Source: a bacterium
GTDB lineage: Bacteria > UBA8248 > JACPRG01 > G963555815
Length of the DNA: 64,000 nt
Assembly: GCA_965218795.1 (NCBI GenBank)
Contig: OZ244653.1
Coordinates: 2,624,001 to 2,688,000 of the forward strand
Reading direction: 5' to 3'
The translations under genes were made by a program, and so were the position numbers. Within the stretch, counting starts at the first letter, position 1. The number at the start of each line of letters is the position of its first letter. The notes below the pieces were generated by a model that was not told the DNA's origin, did no database searches, and saw only the letters and a program-made list of their open reading frames with translations. Of the stretch, positions 50,725 to 61,066 are shown one piece after another.

Positions 50725-52153
50725 GCAAAGGATTGCGGGCATGACCATGGCTGCCCACGCATTCGTGCTCGTGTGGGCCGCCTCGCTCTGTCTGGCTCCG
50801 CCCGCGGGCGCGGACGTCCTCTCGGAGATGGAGAGCTTCTGGAGGGGTGCGGCCGTGAACACCACCGGGCCGACCGCCTTCGACGGCCAGGCCTCGGGCC
50901 ACTGGACCCTGGGCAACCTCTACCTGCGAGCCCCGGTGCGCTCCGAGCCCATCGCCACGGTGAGCCTGCCCTCCTTCCGGGCCGGCTGCGGCGGCATCGA
51001 CGCGTTCGCCGGCGCCTTCTCCTTCATCGATTCCGACCAGCTGATCGCCTTCGGCCGCGCCGTGGCCCAGAACGCCGCCGGCTTCGCCTTCGAGCTGGCC
51101 CTGGAGACCATCTCGCCCGTGATCGCCGAGACCCTGTCCAAGCTCCGGGCCCTGGCCCAGTGGGTGAACAGCCAGAACCTCAACTCCTGCGAGACCGCCC
51201 AGGCCCTGGTCGGGGCGGTCTGGTCCAAAAACGACCGGGCGAGCGCTGCGATCTGCGCGGCCATCGGCACGAGACAGGGGATCTTCTCCGACTACGCGGC
51301 CGCGCGCCACGGCTGCGGCGCGGACGGCAAGCGCCACTCGACCCTGGCCGCCGCCTCGGGACCGCTCAAGGACCAGGCCCCGGTCAACGTCAACTACGCC
51401 TGGCGCGCGGTGAGGGCGTCGGGCTTCCTGGCGTCCGACCGCGACCTCGGCGAGTTCGCCATGTCGATCTCGGGCACCGCGATCGTCACCGCCCCGGTCT
51501 CGGACAGCGACGATTCCGGCCCCAGGATACGCATCCTGGAGCCCCTGGCCCTTGACCGCCGGGTGACCGAGATCCTGATGGAGGGGGGAGGCGACCTCCC
51601 GGTCTACCGCTGCGACACCTCCGTGGACTGCCTCAACCCCGTCCTCGGACGGCTCACCGTGCCGGCGGCCCGGGGATTCCGGGACCGGGTCGCCGGCCTG
51701 CTCCGCCGGCTGGTCGAGGCGGTGCGCGCCGACACGGCGCCCCCGGCGGACGCATTGGGGCTCGTCAATCTCACCACCCTGCCGGTCTACCGGGTCATCA
51801 ACACCGCCGCCGCCTATCGCGGCGCGGTGGTGGACCAGGAGGTGGACGCCCTGGCCGAGGCCGTGGCCCTGGACGTGCTCCAGGTCTGGATCTCGGACCT
51901 GCACAGGACAATCGAGGAACGCGCCGGCACCCTCGACATCGCCGACCACGACCAGCTGGAGCGCTGGCGCGAGGGGCTGCGCCGGAACCGGACCGCCCTC
52001 GCCAGACACCGTCATGAGGGGCTGGAGCGGTTCAACACCGCCCTCGCCGTGGTGGAGAAGCTCAGGCTGATCGAGACCGAGCTCGCGGGCGCGCTCTCGG
52101 CCGAACTCAGGGCGGCGCTGGCCTTCTCACGGGGCGGCGCAGGGGCCCGATAA
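50714..52153 (+). CDS. traH: TraH
   Basis: PS..AGCGGID.F.G.FSFI and NSCE.AQ.LV. Confidence 0.92.
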   Translation: MTIKQRIAGMTMAAHAFVLVWAASLCLAPPAGADVLSEMESFWRGAAVNTTGPTAFDGQASGHWTLGNLYLRAPVRSEPIATVSLPSFRAGCGGIDAFAGAFSFIDSDQLIAFGRAVAQNAAGFAFELALETISPVIAETLSKLRALAQWVNSQNLNSCETAQALVGAVWSKNDRASAAICAAIGTRQGIFSDYAAARHGCGADGKRHSTLAAASGPLKDQAPVNVNYAWRAVRASGFLASDRDLGEFAMSISGTAIVTAPVSDSDDSGPRIRILEPLALDRRVTEILMEGGGDLPVYRCDTSVDCLNPVLGRLTVPAARGFRDRVAGLLRRLVEAVRADTAPPADALGLVNLTTLPVYRVINTAAAYRGAVVDQEVDALAEAVALDVLQVWISDLHRTIEERAGTLDIADHDQLERWREGLRRNRTALARHRHEGLERFNTALAVVEKLRLIETELAGALSAELRAALAFSRGGAGAR

Positions 52154-52175
52154 ACAATATCGGGAGAACGCGACC

Positions 52176-55097
52176 ATGTACGAGCTCTTCACCCTGGGCG
52201 GCGGGACCTATCTGGTCGACCTCCTGAACGCGGTCGCTGCGATCACCGGCGGCGGGGCCTTCGTGACCCTGGCCCGGATCGCGGGCATCGCCGGGCTCGC
52301 CTGGGCCCTGTTCCGCACCGCCTTCGGCGGCTCGTGGAAGGACAACGCCAAGTGGATCCTCCTCTTCGTCGCCGTCTGGGGCGCGATGATCGTGCCCAAG
52401 GCGACCGTCCGGGTGGTGGATCGACTCGACCCGGCGCTGGCGCCCGCGGTCATCGACAACGTCCCGCTCGGCCTGGCCCTCTTCGCCTCCCTGACGAGCC
52501 AGGTGGGTGACGGCCTGACACGGCTGACCGAACAGGCCTTCTCCCTTCCGGACGACCTGACCTACCGCCGCCACGGCCTGATCTTCGGCGCGAGGCTCGC
52601 GGCCGCCGCGACCCGCATGGAGGTGACCGACACGGTGTTCGCGCGGAACCTCCGGGCCTATGCGAGGCAATGCGTGTTCCACGCCCTGCTCCTGGGCCAC
52701 GTCTCGGCCGACGACCTGCGGGAGAGCACGGATATCTGGCGGCTCGTCACGTCCACGGGCACGCCCTCGGCCGGGGCTTCGCCCGCGCGCATGGTCGAAT
52801 ACGCGACCCGGGGGGCGCCGTCCGGAACGGGAGCCACGCCCATCGATCGCGAGATCGTCACCTGCGCCGACGCGGCCTCGCGGCTCGACGCGCTCTGGGG
52901 GGCCGAGATCGCGAGGGCGTCCGGCATCTTCGGACAAAGGATCTTCCCCGGTGCGGCGACCGAGGCCCTGGCCCGGGCCGAGCTCATGGCCGCGCTGCCC
53001 GTGGCCCACGACTACCTGATCGGCGCCTCCAGGACCGCGGCCGAGATCCTGCGCCAGCAGATGGTCCTCAACGCCCTCCACGGCGCGGGCGAGCAATGGG
53101 CCGCGGAGGCCGGGAACGCCGCCGCCCTCAGGGCCTATACCGAGGCCCGGGCCGAGGCCCAGACCGTCTCGGCCTACCGGGCCATCGGAAGGCAGGCCGA
53201 GACCTGGGTCCCCATGCTGCGCATCGTCTTCGAGTGCCTCTACGTGGGCGCCTTCCCCATGGCCGCGCTGCTCATGCTCACCCCCGCGGGCCACGGGATC
53301 TTCCGGTCCTACTTCGCCGGGATCGTCTGGATCCAGAGCTGGGGGCCGCTCTACGCGATCCTCCACCGCATCTCCATGGGCGAGGCCGCCGAGCGCATGA
53401 GCGCGGGCGCGCTGATGCCGGGCGGCGAGAGCGGCGTGTCGCTCGTGGCCCAGGCCGGGATCCGGGCCGTGGCCTCCGACGTGGCCGTGATGTCGGGCTA
53501 CCTCTCGATGTCGGTGCCCTTCCTCGCCGCCGCCCTGGCCTACGGGGTGGGCAAGGCGACCATGCTCGCCACCTCGGTGCTCGCGGTCGGCCAGGACGCG
53601 GCCTCCTCGGCGGCTCACGAGGGCACGACGGGCAACATCTCCCTCGCCAACACCCAGGCCGACGTCCACCGCTTCGCAACGCTCGAGGGCCGGCAGCTCC
53701 GCACCTCCATGCACGTCGATACGGACCGCTATACCGGGTTCGCTCCCGAGGGCGCGGCCTTCACCGTGACCGGAGACGGAAGCGCGGTCATGGACGCCGG
53801 CTCCGCCACCAGCCGGATCCCGGCGGCGGGCGTCCGGCTCTCCGAATCCCTTGCGGTCAGCCACGAGTCCCGGGCAGGCGCGGCCCGGGAGCAGGCCCGG
53901 CACTGGTCGGCCGAGGCCGGCTTGGCCCGGACGGCGGCCGCAACCGATTCGGCGGCCATGGTCGAGCGGCTCTCCCGGGACGTGAGTACGGGCCTCGCGC
54001 ATTCGAGGGGCGTGACGGAAAGCGAGAGCACGCAGGTCCAGGCGCTGGAGAGCCACATGAAACGCCTCTCCGAGGCGGGCGGGATCTCGAAGGAGGAGGC
54101 GGCCGTTCTCACGGGCGAGGCCAGGGTCGGCGGGGGCTTCGACTTCATCGTGAAGTTCGGCGCCGACGGTTCGGCGAGCTGGCGGGGCCAGACCTTCGAA
54201 CGGAAAGCCTGGAACCGGATGACCGACTATGCCGAGCAGAACCAGATGCTCGATCTCTGGTCCCGGGTCGCCGATGCCTCCAGACGCTACTCCGCTTCCT
54301 CGGGCGAGAGCGAGCTCAAGAGCCTGGAGGAGAGCCTTGGCGCCAACCTGACGCGGATGCGCCGCTTCGGCGAGCAGGAGACGCTGAGCCACCGGGAAGC
54401 CGAGAGCTGGAGCTCTCAGGCGGCCGAGGTGCGAAGCCAATCCCAGGCCGTCGACCGGGAGCTGGGCCAGCCCTTCTTCGCCTGGCTGACCGCCCGGCCT
54501 GGCGCCGACGGGCGCGAGATCGGCGTGGCCGGCGCCATGCGCCTCGCCTCGCCCCAGACCCCGGAGGACGCCGAAGAGCTGCGCGCGCACGCCGCGGCCT
54601 TCATCGCGGAGCGCTTCCCCACGCCAGAGGGACCTGACCCGGCCTCGGTCCCGGGGCTGGCGGATTACGAGCGGACGCGCGACGGGCTGCGGGAGTCGCA
54701 CGCGGGCGAGACCGAGGCGGCCTGGGGCGGCTGGTCGGACGCGGTGCGCGACCGGGGACGCAGGGCCGGGACGCCCGGGTCGGGCAAGGTCGAGACCCGG
54801 GCAAGGCGCGGGCGCGCCGAGACCGAGACCGCCCTGAGGGCCCGGGAGAAGGGACGTGAGGAGCGGACCAAGGGCGTGAAGGAAGAGTTGGCACAGGGCC
54901 GTGAGGGCGTACAGGCCGAGCTCGCCAAACCTTTTCAGGAGCACGCCGCGAAGGAGGCGCCGTTCATCGGCGAGTGGCTCGCGGGAAAACTCTACGGAAC
55001 GGCCAGGAACGCGGCGCCGGACCGGGGGAAGAAGGGTGAGAAGGACGACCGCGGACGCGACGGTCCCTTCTACGGGGACCAGGTGCTGGGGCCATGA
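52176..55097 (+). CDS. traG: TraG (F-type mating-pair stabilisation)
   Basis: GGG..L...LNAVA, DNVP.GLA and W.QSW.PLYAIL; long hydrophilic tail. Confidence 0.92.
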   Translation: MYELFTLGGGTYLVDLLNAVAAITGGGAFVTLARIAGIAGLAWALFRTAFGGSWKDNAKWILLFVAVWGAMIVPKATVRVVDRLDPALAPAVIDNVPLGLALFASLTSQVGDGLTRLTEQAFSLPDDLTYRRHGLIFGARLAAAATRMEVTDTVFARNLRAYARQCVFHALLLGHVSADDLRESTDIWRLVTSTGTPSAGASPARMVEYATRGAPSGTGATPIDREIVTCADAASRLDALWGAEIARASGIFGQRIFPGAATEALARAELMAALPVAHDYLIGASRTAAEILRQQMVLNALHGAGEQWAAEAGNAAALRAYTEARAEAQTVSAYRAIGRQAETWVPMLRIVFECLYVGAFPMAALLMLTPAGHGIFRSYFAGIVWIQSWGPLYAILHRISMGEAAERMSAGALMPGGESGVSLVAQAGIRAVASDVAVMSGYLSMSVPFLAAALAYGVGKATMLATSVLAVGQDAASSAAHEGTTGNISLANTQADVHRFATLEGRQLRTSMHVDTDRYTGFAPEGAAFTVTGDGSAVMDAGSATSRIPAAGVRLSESLAVSHESRAGAAREQARHWSAEAGLARTAAATDSAAMVERLSRDVSTGLAHSRGVTESESTQVQALESHMKRLSEAGGISKEEAAVLTGEARVGGGFDFIVKFGADGSASWRGQTFERKAWNRMTDYAEQNQMLDLWSRVADASRRYSASSGESELKSLEESLGANLTRMRRFGEQETLSHREAESWSSQAAEVRSQSQAVDRELGQPFFAWLTARPGADGREIGVAGAMRLASPQTPEDAEELRAHAAAFIAERFPTPEGPDPASVPGLADYERTRDGLRESHAGETEAAWGGWSDAVRDRGRRAGTPGSGKVETRARRGRAETETALRAREKGREERTKGVKEELAQGREGVQAELAKPFQEHAAKEAPFIGEWLAGKLYGTARNAAPDRGKKGEKDDRGRDGPFYGDQVLGP

Positions 55098-55438
55098 CCG
55101 CGAAGGGGATCGTGGTCGTGGAGATGTGGATCCTCGAGATCGCGGAGCCAGGCATAGCGGCCGGTCCGGGTCGACCAGTCGAACCGGTCACCGCCCTCTT
55201 CCGGGAGCCCGCAGCGGCCGAAGGCGGACCAGTCCCCATGGCGGAACCCCCGCCACAGGGTGCACGTGAGTCCGGCCAGAACGGTCCAGATCGCCGCCCA
55301 GAACCAGATGCCCCCCAGGAAGCGGACACCGGTCCCGGCGGCCACGGAAACGACGGTGACGGCAAGGGCGAGTGCGATCCCGCCGAGGACGAAGGCCCGG
55401 GCGCGCCAGCCGTTGGATGGGTCGGGTGGATTGGACAT
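55070..55438 (-). CDS. Small two-TM protein, candidate entry-exclusion factor
   Basis: 122 aa, GGAGG RBS, convergent with and overlapping the traG 3' end. Confidence 0.5.
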   Translation of the reverse strand: MSNPPDPSNGWRARAFVLGGIALALAVTVVSVAAGTGVRFLGGIWFWAAIWTVLAGLTCTLWRGFRHGDWSAFGRCGLPEEGGDRFDWSTRTGRYAWLRDLEDPHLHDHDPLRGHGPSTWSP

Positions 55439-55604
55439 GGGTGGTTCCTCCGGGGTTGCGGTTCAAGACATCGCGGGCGCCAGCCTCTCCGGCCCCGGCG
55501 TCCCGCGCCCTTGACCCCGCCTTCCTCGGCCTCCCGCCCGGCGCATCGCAACACAACGGCGCCAAGACCGCCGCTATCCACATAACCTCGAACGGGAGGA
55601 CCCG

Positions 55605-57674
55605 ATGATGTTCGGCAACGCAACGCTCAGGGGCGGCCAGACCCTGGTCCACGACGTCCACATGTGGGGCCAGCTGGTCCGCTGGGGGCTTTTCGGCATC
55701 GTCCTGACGGTGGTCCTGGTCCCCGCCGTGGCCCTGTTCCGCACCACAACCGCCCATGAATGGCGCCTCGTCGGAACGGGCACCCTCGCCCAGGTCAAGC
55801 TCGCCCTCGGGTATCCCCGCCATTCCCTCCAGACGTACGAGTGGCGGGAGGGCCAAAAAACGGCCCTGAGAATCGTGGATATCGCCCAGGACCCCAGGAT
55901 CGAAAGGATCCGGAAACGCATGCTCCATACGGTCTACGCCAAGGCGTGGCTCGGCCTCTGGATCGGAGTGGGGGGCATGGTCCTGTGTACGGTCCTGTTC
56001 TCTGTCCTGGGAAGACGCCTGGACCGCGCACAACGGGTCCGCGGCGCGGAGATGGCCACGGCCCGGGAGTTGAGAAGGCGCGTGCAGCCCGTGTCCGCGC
56101 GCCTGGCCGAGGCCCTGTTCCCCGCCGCGCGCCGGGCCTCGTGCCGCATCGCCGGGATCCCCTGGCCCAGGCGCGCCGAGACCCAGCACACCATCGTCTC
56201 CGGCACCACCGGCTCGGGCAAGACCGTGCTGATCTCCGACCTCGTCGCCCGGCTCCGCGCCCGGGGCGAGCGCTGCATCCTCTACGACAAGATGGGGAGC
56301 TATACCCGCTCCTTTTTCGATCCCGCCCGCGACGTGCTGATGAACCCCCTCGATGCCCGGGCCCCCCGCTGGTCGCCCTTCTTCGAGGCCAGGACCCCCC
56401 GGGACTTCGACATGATGGCGGCAGCCCTCATCCCCCAGCAGAAGGACACGGTGGACCCCTTCTGGGTCACGGCCGCCAGGCAGCTGTTCTCAAACGGCGC
56501 GGGCGTGCTCTGGAAGCAGGGGGTCACCGAGAACCGGGTGCTGGTCGACCACCTCCTCAAGACCGACCTGACGGCCCTGGCCCAGGCCATGGAGGGCACG
56601 GTGGCCCAGTCCATCGTGGACCCCGAAAACCCCAAGACCGCCCTTTCGGTGCGGGCCATGCTCACCGCGCACCTGGGAGCGCTCGAGTTCCTGCCCGATA
56701 CGGGAGAGCCCTTCTCGATCCGGGACTGGGTGGGCCAAGAGGACGGGACCGGGTTCCTGTTCCTGACCTCCAGGGGCGACCAGCACGCGAGCCTGAGAGG
56801 GCTCATCTCCACCTGGCTCGAGATCGCGGTGAACGCGCTCCTTTCCCTCCATCAGGATGATGCGCGCAGAGTCTGGGTGGTCCTGGACGAGCTGCCCACC
56901 CTCCACCAGGTGCCGAGCCTCCAGCCCGGGCTGGCCGAGTCCCGCCAGTTCGGCGGGTGCTTCGTGCTCGGGATCCAGGTGATCTCGGCCCTGCGCGACC
57001 TGTACGGAAAGAACGGGGCGGAGACCATCTCCGGGCTGTGCGGCACCCGGGTGGTCCTGGCCACGCCCGACCAGGAGACGGCCCGATGGTCGGCCGAGAG
57101 CCTGGGGCGGGGCGAGGTCGAGGAATACTCTCACGGCATGAGCTACGGGGCCAGCGTGCTGCGGGACGGGGTCTCGCTGACCCAGCGCCGGGAGATGCGC
57201 CCCCTGGCCCTGCCGTCGGAGATCATGCGGCTCGAGAACCTGCAGGGGTATCTGAAGTTCCCCGGACCCTGGCCCGTTGCCCGGATCGGGCTGGACTACG
57301 TCAAGAGGCCCAAGGCGGCCGAACGGTTCATGCCCAGGGAGGAGGGCCAAGGCACTGCAGCCCCGCCGCCGGAAACTGCCATCGAATCCCGGCAAGGGAA
57401 CCTCGAGCTCAAGCATCCCCAGGGTTCCAGATCGGGGACGCGGGAACGGGTCGAGGCGACGGAATCCGGGCAGGCCGCAGCGACCCTCAGTGAAGAATCC
57501 GCGAGGCAGCCTCACAAGCGATCCGAAAAGGACGAAACGGGTGCGGCCGACGGCGATGGGACCGACACCGAAGGCGGCTTGGCCCTTTCGCTTCCGGACA
57601 AGAGCGGGAACAGTACACCCAAGTGCGTTGAGCGAGACCGGAAGCCGCATCAGGGCCAATTGAGGCGCATCTGA
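55605..57674 (+). CDS. traD: Type IV coupling protein TraD
   Basis: RGGQ, GTTGSGKT, NPLDAR...W, DPFW...A, LDELP.L and ESRQFGG motifs. Confidence 0.95.
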   Translation: MMFGNATLRGGQTLVHDVHMWGQLVRWGLFGIVLTVVLVPAVALFRTTTAHEWRLVGTGTLAQVKLALGYPRHSLQTYEWREGQKTALRIVDIAQDPRIERIRKRMLHTVYAKAWLGLWIGVGGMVLCTVLFSVLGRRLDRAQRVRGAEMATARELRRRVQPVSARLAEALFPAARRASCRIAGIPWPRRAETQHTIVSGTTGSGKTVLISDLVARLRARGERCILYDKMGSYTRSFFDPARDVLMNPLDARAPRWSPFFEARTPRDFDMMAAALIPQQKDTVDPFWVTAARQLFSNGAGVLWKQGVTENRVLVDHLLKTDLTALAQAMEGTVAQSIVDPENPKTALSVRAMLTAHLGALEFLPDTGEPFSIRDWVGQEDGTGFLFLTSRGDQHASLRGLISTWLEIAVNALLSLHQDDARRVWVVLDELPTLHQVPSLQPGLAESRQFGGCFVLGIQVISALRDLYGKNGAETISGLCGTRVVLATPDQETARWSAESLGRGEVEEYSHGMSYGASVLRDGVSLTQRREMRPLALPSEIMRLENLQGYLKFPGPWPVARIGLDYVKRPKAAERFMPREEGQGTAAPPPETAIESRQGNLELKHPQGSRSGTRERVEATESGQAAATLSEESARQPHKRSEKDETGAADGDGTDTEGGLALSLPDKSGNSTPKCVERDRKPHQGQLRRI

Positions 57675-57675
57675 C

Positions 57676-60600
57676 ATGGTCGTCTCGATCGGGGCCGTCG
57701 CCTCGGCCTCCCAGGGCGTCTTCTATTACGAAAGGGACGGCTACTACGCGAAGGACGATCCGGCCCACAGGGAAGCGAGCGCCTGGGCGGGCAAGGGCGC
57801 GGAGGACCTCGGCCTCTCCGGCCCGGTCGATCCGGACCTCTTCAAGGCGGTGCTGGAAGGCAAGGTACTCGACGGGACCGGACGGCAACTCGGACGCGGG
57901 GGACCCGATGGGGCCCTGCAGCACCGGCCCGGGCGCGACCTGACCTTCTCGGCCCCCAAATCCGTCTCGCTGGCGGCGCTGATCGGCGGCGACGGGCGCG
58001 TGGTCGACGCCCACGACCGGGCGGTCAAGCGCTCGCTGGCCTGGATCGAGGGCAACGCCGCCGAGACCCGGTTGAAGGACCCGGAGACCAGCCGCATGGT
58101 CCGGGCCGGGGACCAGAAGACGGTGGCCGCGACCTTCCGGCACGACGCCTCGCGCAATCTCGATCCCCAGCTCCACACCCACGCGGTCCTCGCCAACATG
58201 GTCCAGGGCGGGGACGGCAAGTGGCGGACCATGGCCAACGAGGCGCTCTACCGCCGCCAGAAGCTGATCGGCATGGTCTACCGGAGCGAGCTCGCGCGGG
58301 AGTTGGGCAAGCTCGGTTACGGGATCGAGAAGACCCATGCCGACGGGCGCTTCGAGATCGCCGGGGTCCCGAGGAAGGTCATCGAGGCGTTCTCGACCCG
58401 GCGGGCGGAGATCGAGGCGGCGGTGGCGGAGCGCGGGGCCGAGGGCACGGCCGACAACCAGCGCCTCGCCGAGCGCGCGGCGCTGATGACACGGGCCCAC
58501 AAGCGCGAGGTCGACAAGGCGGCGCTCAGGGCAAGCTGGGAGAAGCAGACCGCCGGGCTGGGGTTCGACGCGCGAACGCTCGCCGCCGAGGCCGCGGCGA
58601 GGGAAGCCGGCAGGGACGCGGCCAGGGACTCCGGCCGGGAGAACGCTCCCGCGCGGGATGTCGATCCCGCTTCGGCGGATGCCGTCGGGTCTCCCGCCGC
58701 CATCGCGGAAACCGACCCGGCGCGGCGGGAACCGGCAACGAAGGAGCCGGCGGCCGAGGCCGCGGAATGGGCGGTGGCGCATCTCGCCGAGCGCGAGGCC
58801 GTGTTCTCGCGCGCCGATCTGCTCGCCGCCGCGCTGGCCTGGATGCCCGGCGCGGTATCCGTTGAGGCCGCGGAAAAAGCCGTCGGCGCCCTCGAAGGCC
58901 AGGGACGGCTCCATTGCGCCCCGGCGCTCATGGGCGGCGACGGCATGACCACCGATAAGGCGCTCACCCGCGAGCGCGAGACCATCGCCCTGATGCGGGG
59001 CGAACAGGACAGAAGCCCGGTGGTGATGCGAAGCTGGATGGCGAGCGCGCGGCTGCACAAGGGACCGCTCACCGAGGGGCAGAAGCAGGCCGTCAAGCTG
59101 ATCCTGTCTTCGAAGGACCGCGTCGTCGGCGTGCAGGGCTATGCCGGCACCGGCAAGACCACCATGCTGCGGCGCGCCAACGCCCTTGCCGGCAAGAACG
59201 GCTACCGCATGATGGGACTGGCCCCCTCGGCCTCGGCGGTCAAGACGCTGGCGACCGAAGCCGGGATCGAAAGCGAGACGTTGCAATTGTTCCTCGCGCG
59301 GAACGCCGGCATCGCCGAGGGCCGTCTTACGGCCAGGAGCGCGCGGGAGATGCGCGCCGCCTGGCGGAATACCGTGCTGGTGGTGGACGAGGGCTCACTC
59401 GCCTCCACCGTCCAGGCCCGCGACCTCCTGAGGATCGCTAACGTATTGCGCCTTCCCCGCGTGGTCCTGGTCGGCGACGAGAAGCAGCTCGACGCGGTCG
59501 ACGCCGGTAAACCCTTTGCGCAGTTGCAGCGGGCAGGGATGAAGACGGCGGTGATGGACGAGATCCTGCGCCAGCGCGACCCCGAGCTGAAGGCGGCCGT
59601 GGAGGCGAGCCTCGCCGGCGAGATCGGCAGGGCCTTCGAGAAGCTCGGCCCCAACGTGGCCGAGGTCCAGGCCGACAACATCGCGGGCGCGGTGGCGGCG
59701 CGCTGGCTCAAGCTGTCCCCCGAGGCGAGAGAGAACACCGGCGTCATGGCGCCGAGCCATGAGCTTCGCCGGGAGATCAACGGCCATATCCGGGAGCGCC
59801 TCGCGCGCGACGGCAGGATCCACGGCCCCGCCTTCACGGGCGAGCGGCTGGTCTCCCACGGCTACACGAACGCCGAGAAATCGCTCGCGGCCAACTACGC
59901 CGAGGGCGATATCGTCGCCTTCCATCGCCCCTACAAGACCCTGGGGGTCGACAAGGGCGACGAGCGCCGGGTTGCCGGCGTGGATCACAAGAGCCATACG
60001 GTGATACTCGAAGGCGGGGACGGCGCTACCGTTCCCTGGAAGCCGGGCCGGATCGCCGGGCGGTCCGGCGGCGTCGAGGTTTACCGCGCCGAGGGCATCG
60101 AGCTTCGCGCCGGGGAGCGCATCCGCTGGACCCGCAACGACAAGGGCCTCGGCCTCGTCAACAGCCGCACCGCCGAGGTCGCGAGCGTGAAGGACGGCCG
60201 TGTGACCTTCCGTCTGGAGGACGGGCGCATGCTCGACATGAAGGCGGGCGATCCCCAATTGCGCCATCTCGACCACGCCTGGGCCTCGACCGTGCATGCC
60301 TTTCAGGGGCGGACGGTGGACAACGTGATCGCGGCGATGGAGGCCAATCACCCCCACCTCACCACGCAGAAGAGCTTCTATGTGGAGATCAGCCGCGCCC
60401 GCGACCGGGCCGAGTTGGTGACGGACGATGCGGCGCGACTGCGCGAGCAACTCGAAACCGCGACGGGCGAGCGGGTCTCGGCGCTGGAGGGGATCGGAGA
60501 GGCGGCGCGGGACGAGCGGACAAAGGGCATGGAAGCCGATGCGAAAGCGGGACGGACGGCGGCGCGGGAGACAGAAGCCACCCGGGATACGGACCGAGGC

Positions 60601-60702
60601 GGGAGCGAGGCGGCCGGGAAAGAGACCGAGCCGGTCGTGAGGAACCGGGAGCCGGCTGCGCCGGACCGTGGGAAACGGGTCGAGATGGACTTGGGCCTTT
60701 GA
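57676..60702 (+). CDS. traI: MOBF (TrwC/TraI) relaxase-helicase
   Basis: YY..DGYY, DLTFSAPKSVS, HD.SR..DPQLHTH, QGYAGTGKT, VDEGS and YVEISRAR. Confidence 0.95.
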   Translation: MVVSIGAVASASQGVFYYERDGYYAKDDPAHREASAWAGKGAEDLGLSGPVDPDLFKAVLEGKVLDGTGRQLGRGGPDGALQHRPGRDLTFSAPKSVSLAALIGGDGRVVDAHDRAVKRSLAWIEGNAAETRLKDPETSRMVRAGDQKTVAATFRHDASRNLDPQLHTHAVLANMVQGGDGKWRTMANEALYRRQKLIGMVYRSELARELGKLGYGIEKTHADGRFEIAGVPRKVIEAFSTRRAEIEAAVAERGAEGTADNQRLAERAALMTRAHKREVDKAALRASWEKQTAGLGFDARTLAAEAAAREAGRDAARDSGRENAPARDVDPASADAVGSPAAIAETDPARREPATKEPAAEAAEWAVAHLAEREAVFSRADLLAAALAWMPGAVSVEAAEKAVGALEGQGRLHCAPALMGGDGMTTDKALTRERETIALMRGEQDRSPVVMRSWMASARLHKGPLTEGQKQAVKLILSSKDRVVGVQGYAGTGKTTMLRRANALAGKNGYRMMGLAPSASAVKTLATEAGIESETLQLFLARNAGIAEGRLTARSAREMRAAWRNTVLVVDEGSLASTVQARDLLRIANVLRLPRVVLVGDEKQLDAVDAGKPFAQLQRAGMKTAVMDEILRQRDPELKAAVEASLAGEIGRAFEKLGPNVAEVQADNIAGAVAARWLKLSPEARENTGVMAPSHELRREINGHIRERLARDGRIHGPAFTGERLVSHGYTNAEKSLAANYAEGDIVAFHRPYKTLGVDKGDERRVAGVDHKSHTVILEGGDGATVPWKPGRIAGRSGGVEVYRAEGIELRAGERIRWTRNDKGLGLVNSRTAEVASVKDGRVTFRLEDGRMLDMKAGDPQLRHLDHAWASTVHAFQGRTVDNVIAAMEANHPHLTTQKSFYVEISRARDRAELVTDDAARLREQLETATGERVSALEGIGEAARDERTKGMEADAKAGRTAARETEATRDTDRGGSEAAGKETEPVVRNREPAAPDRGKRVEMDLGL

Positions 60703-60992
60703 GAGCGAGGTCTGCGCTCGCTGAAGCCAGGATCAATCCAAAGGACGACAAGCTCGTCGAGGCCTTCGGCGCCATACACAACCGGCTGGGGACCGGGCTC
60801 CATCCGCCTCAGCCGCGCCGCAAAGGAGGCCGGGTGGCGGCCAGTCGGCTCGTTCTGCTCGCCAATCCATACGATCCGGGGGGCGGATGTGCTGGTGGTC
60901 GGGGCCTGAACACTGCGCTGGTGTGCGGGAAAGCCATGATGCCTGCGTTCGCGCTGATGGACAGATGCACCCCCACGTAGAACACGATACCG

Positions 60993-61053
60993 TTGTCAAC
61001 GAAATGGTTGACAAATATTCCGATGCGTGATTAGTTTCAACAGTATTGTTGAA
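60993..61053 (+). promoter_or_regulatory. Promoter with two palindromic operator-like sites
   Basis: TTGTCAAC-N6-GTTGACAA (contains the -35 TTGACA at 61008) and TTCAACA-N4-TGTTGAA just before the RBS. Confidence 0.6.
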
Positions 61054-61066
61054 TAAAGGACAAGCC

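Noticed and set aside
55440-55604. oriT upstream of traD
   Set aside because: No MOBF-type nick motif or clear inverted repeat could be recognised by eye.
22148-59286. Long antisense ORFs (e.g. 22148-24316, 52107-54944, 57487-59286)
   Set aside because: Shadow ORFs of high-GC genes on the opposite strand, with no motifs.
60699-60980. 93-aa ORF after traI
   Set aside because: Weak start, no recognisable motif; probably a relic.
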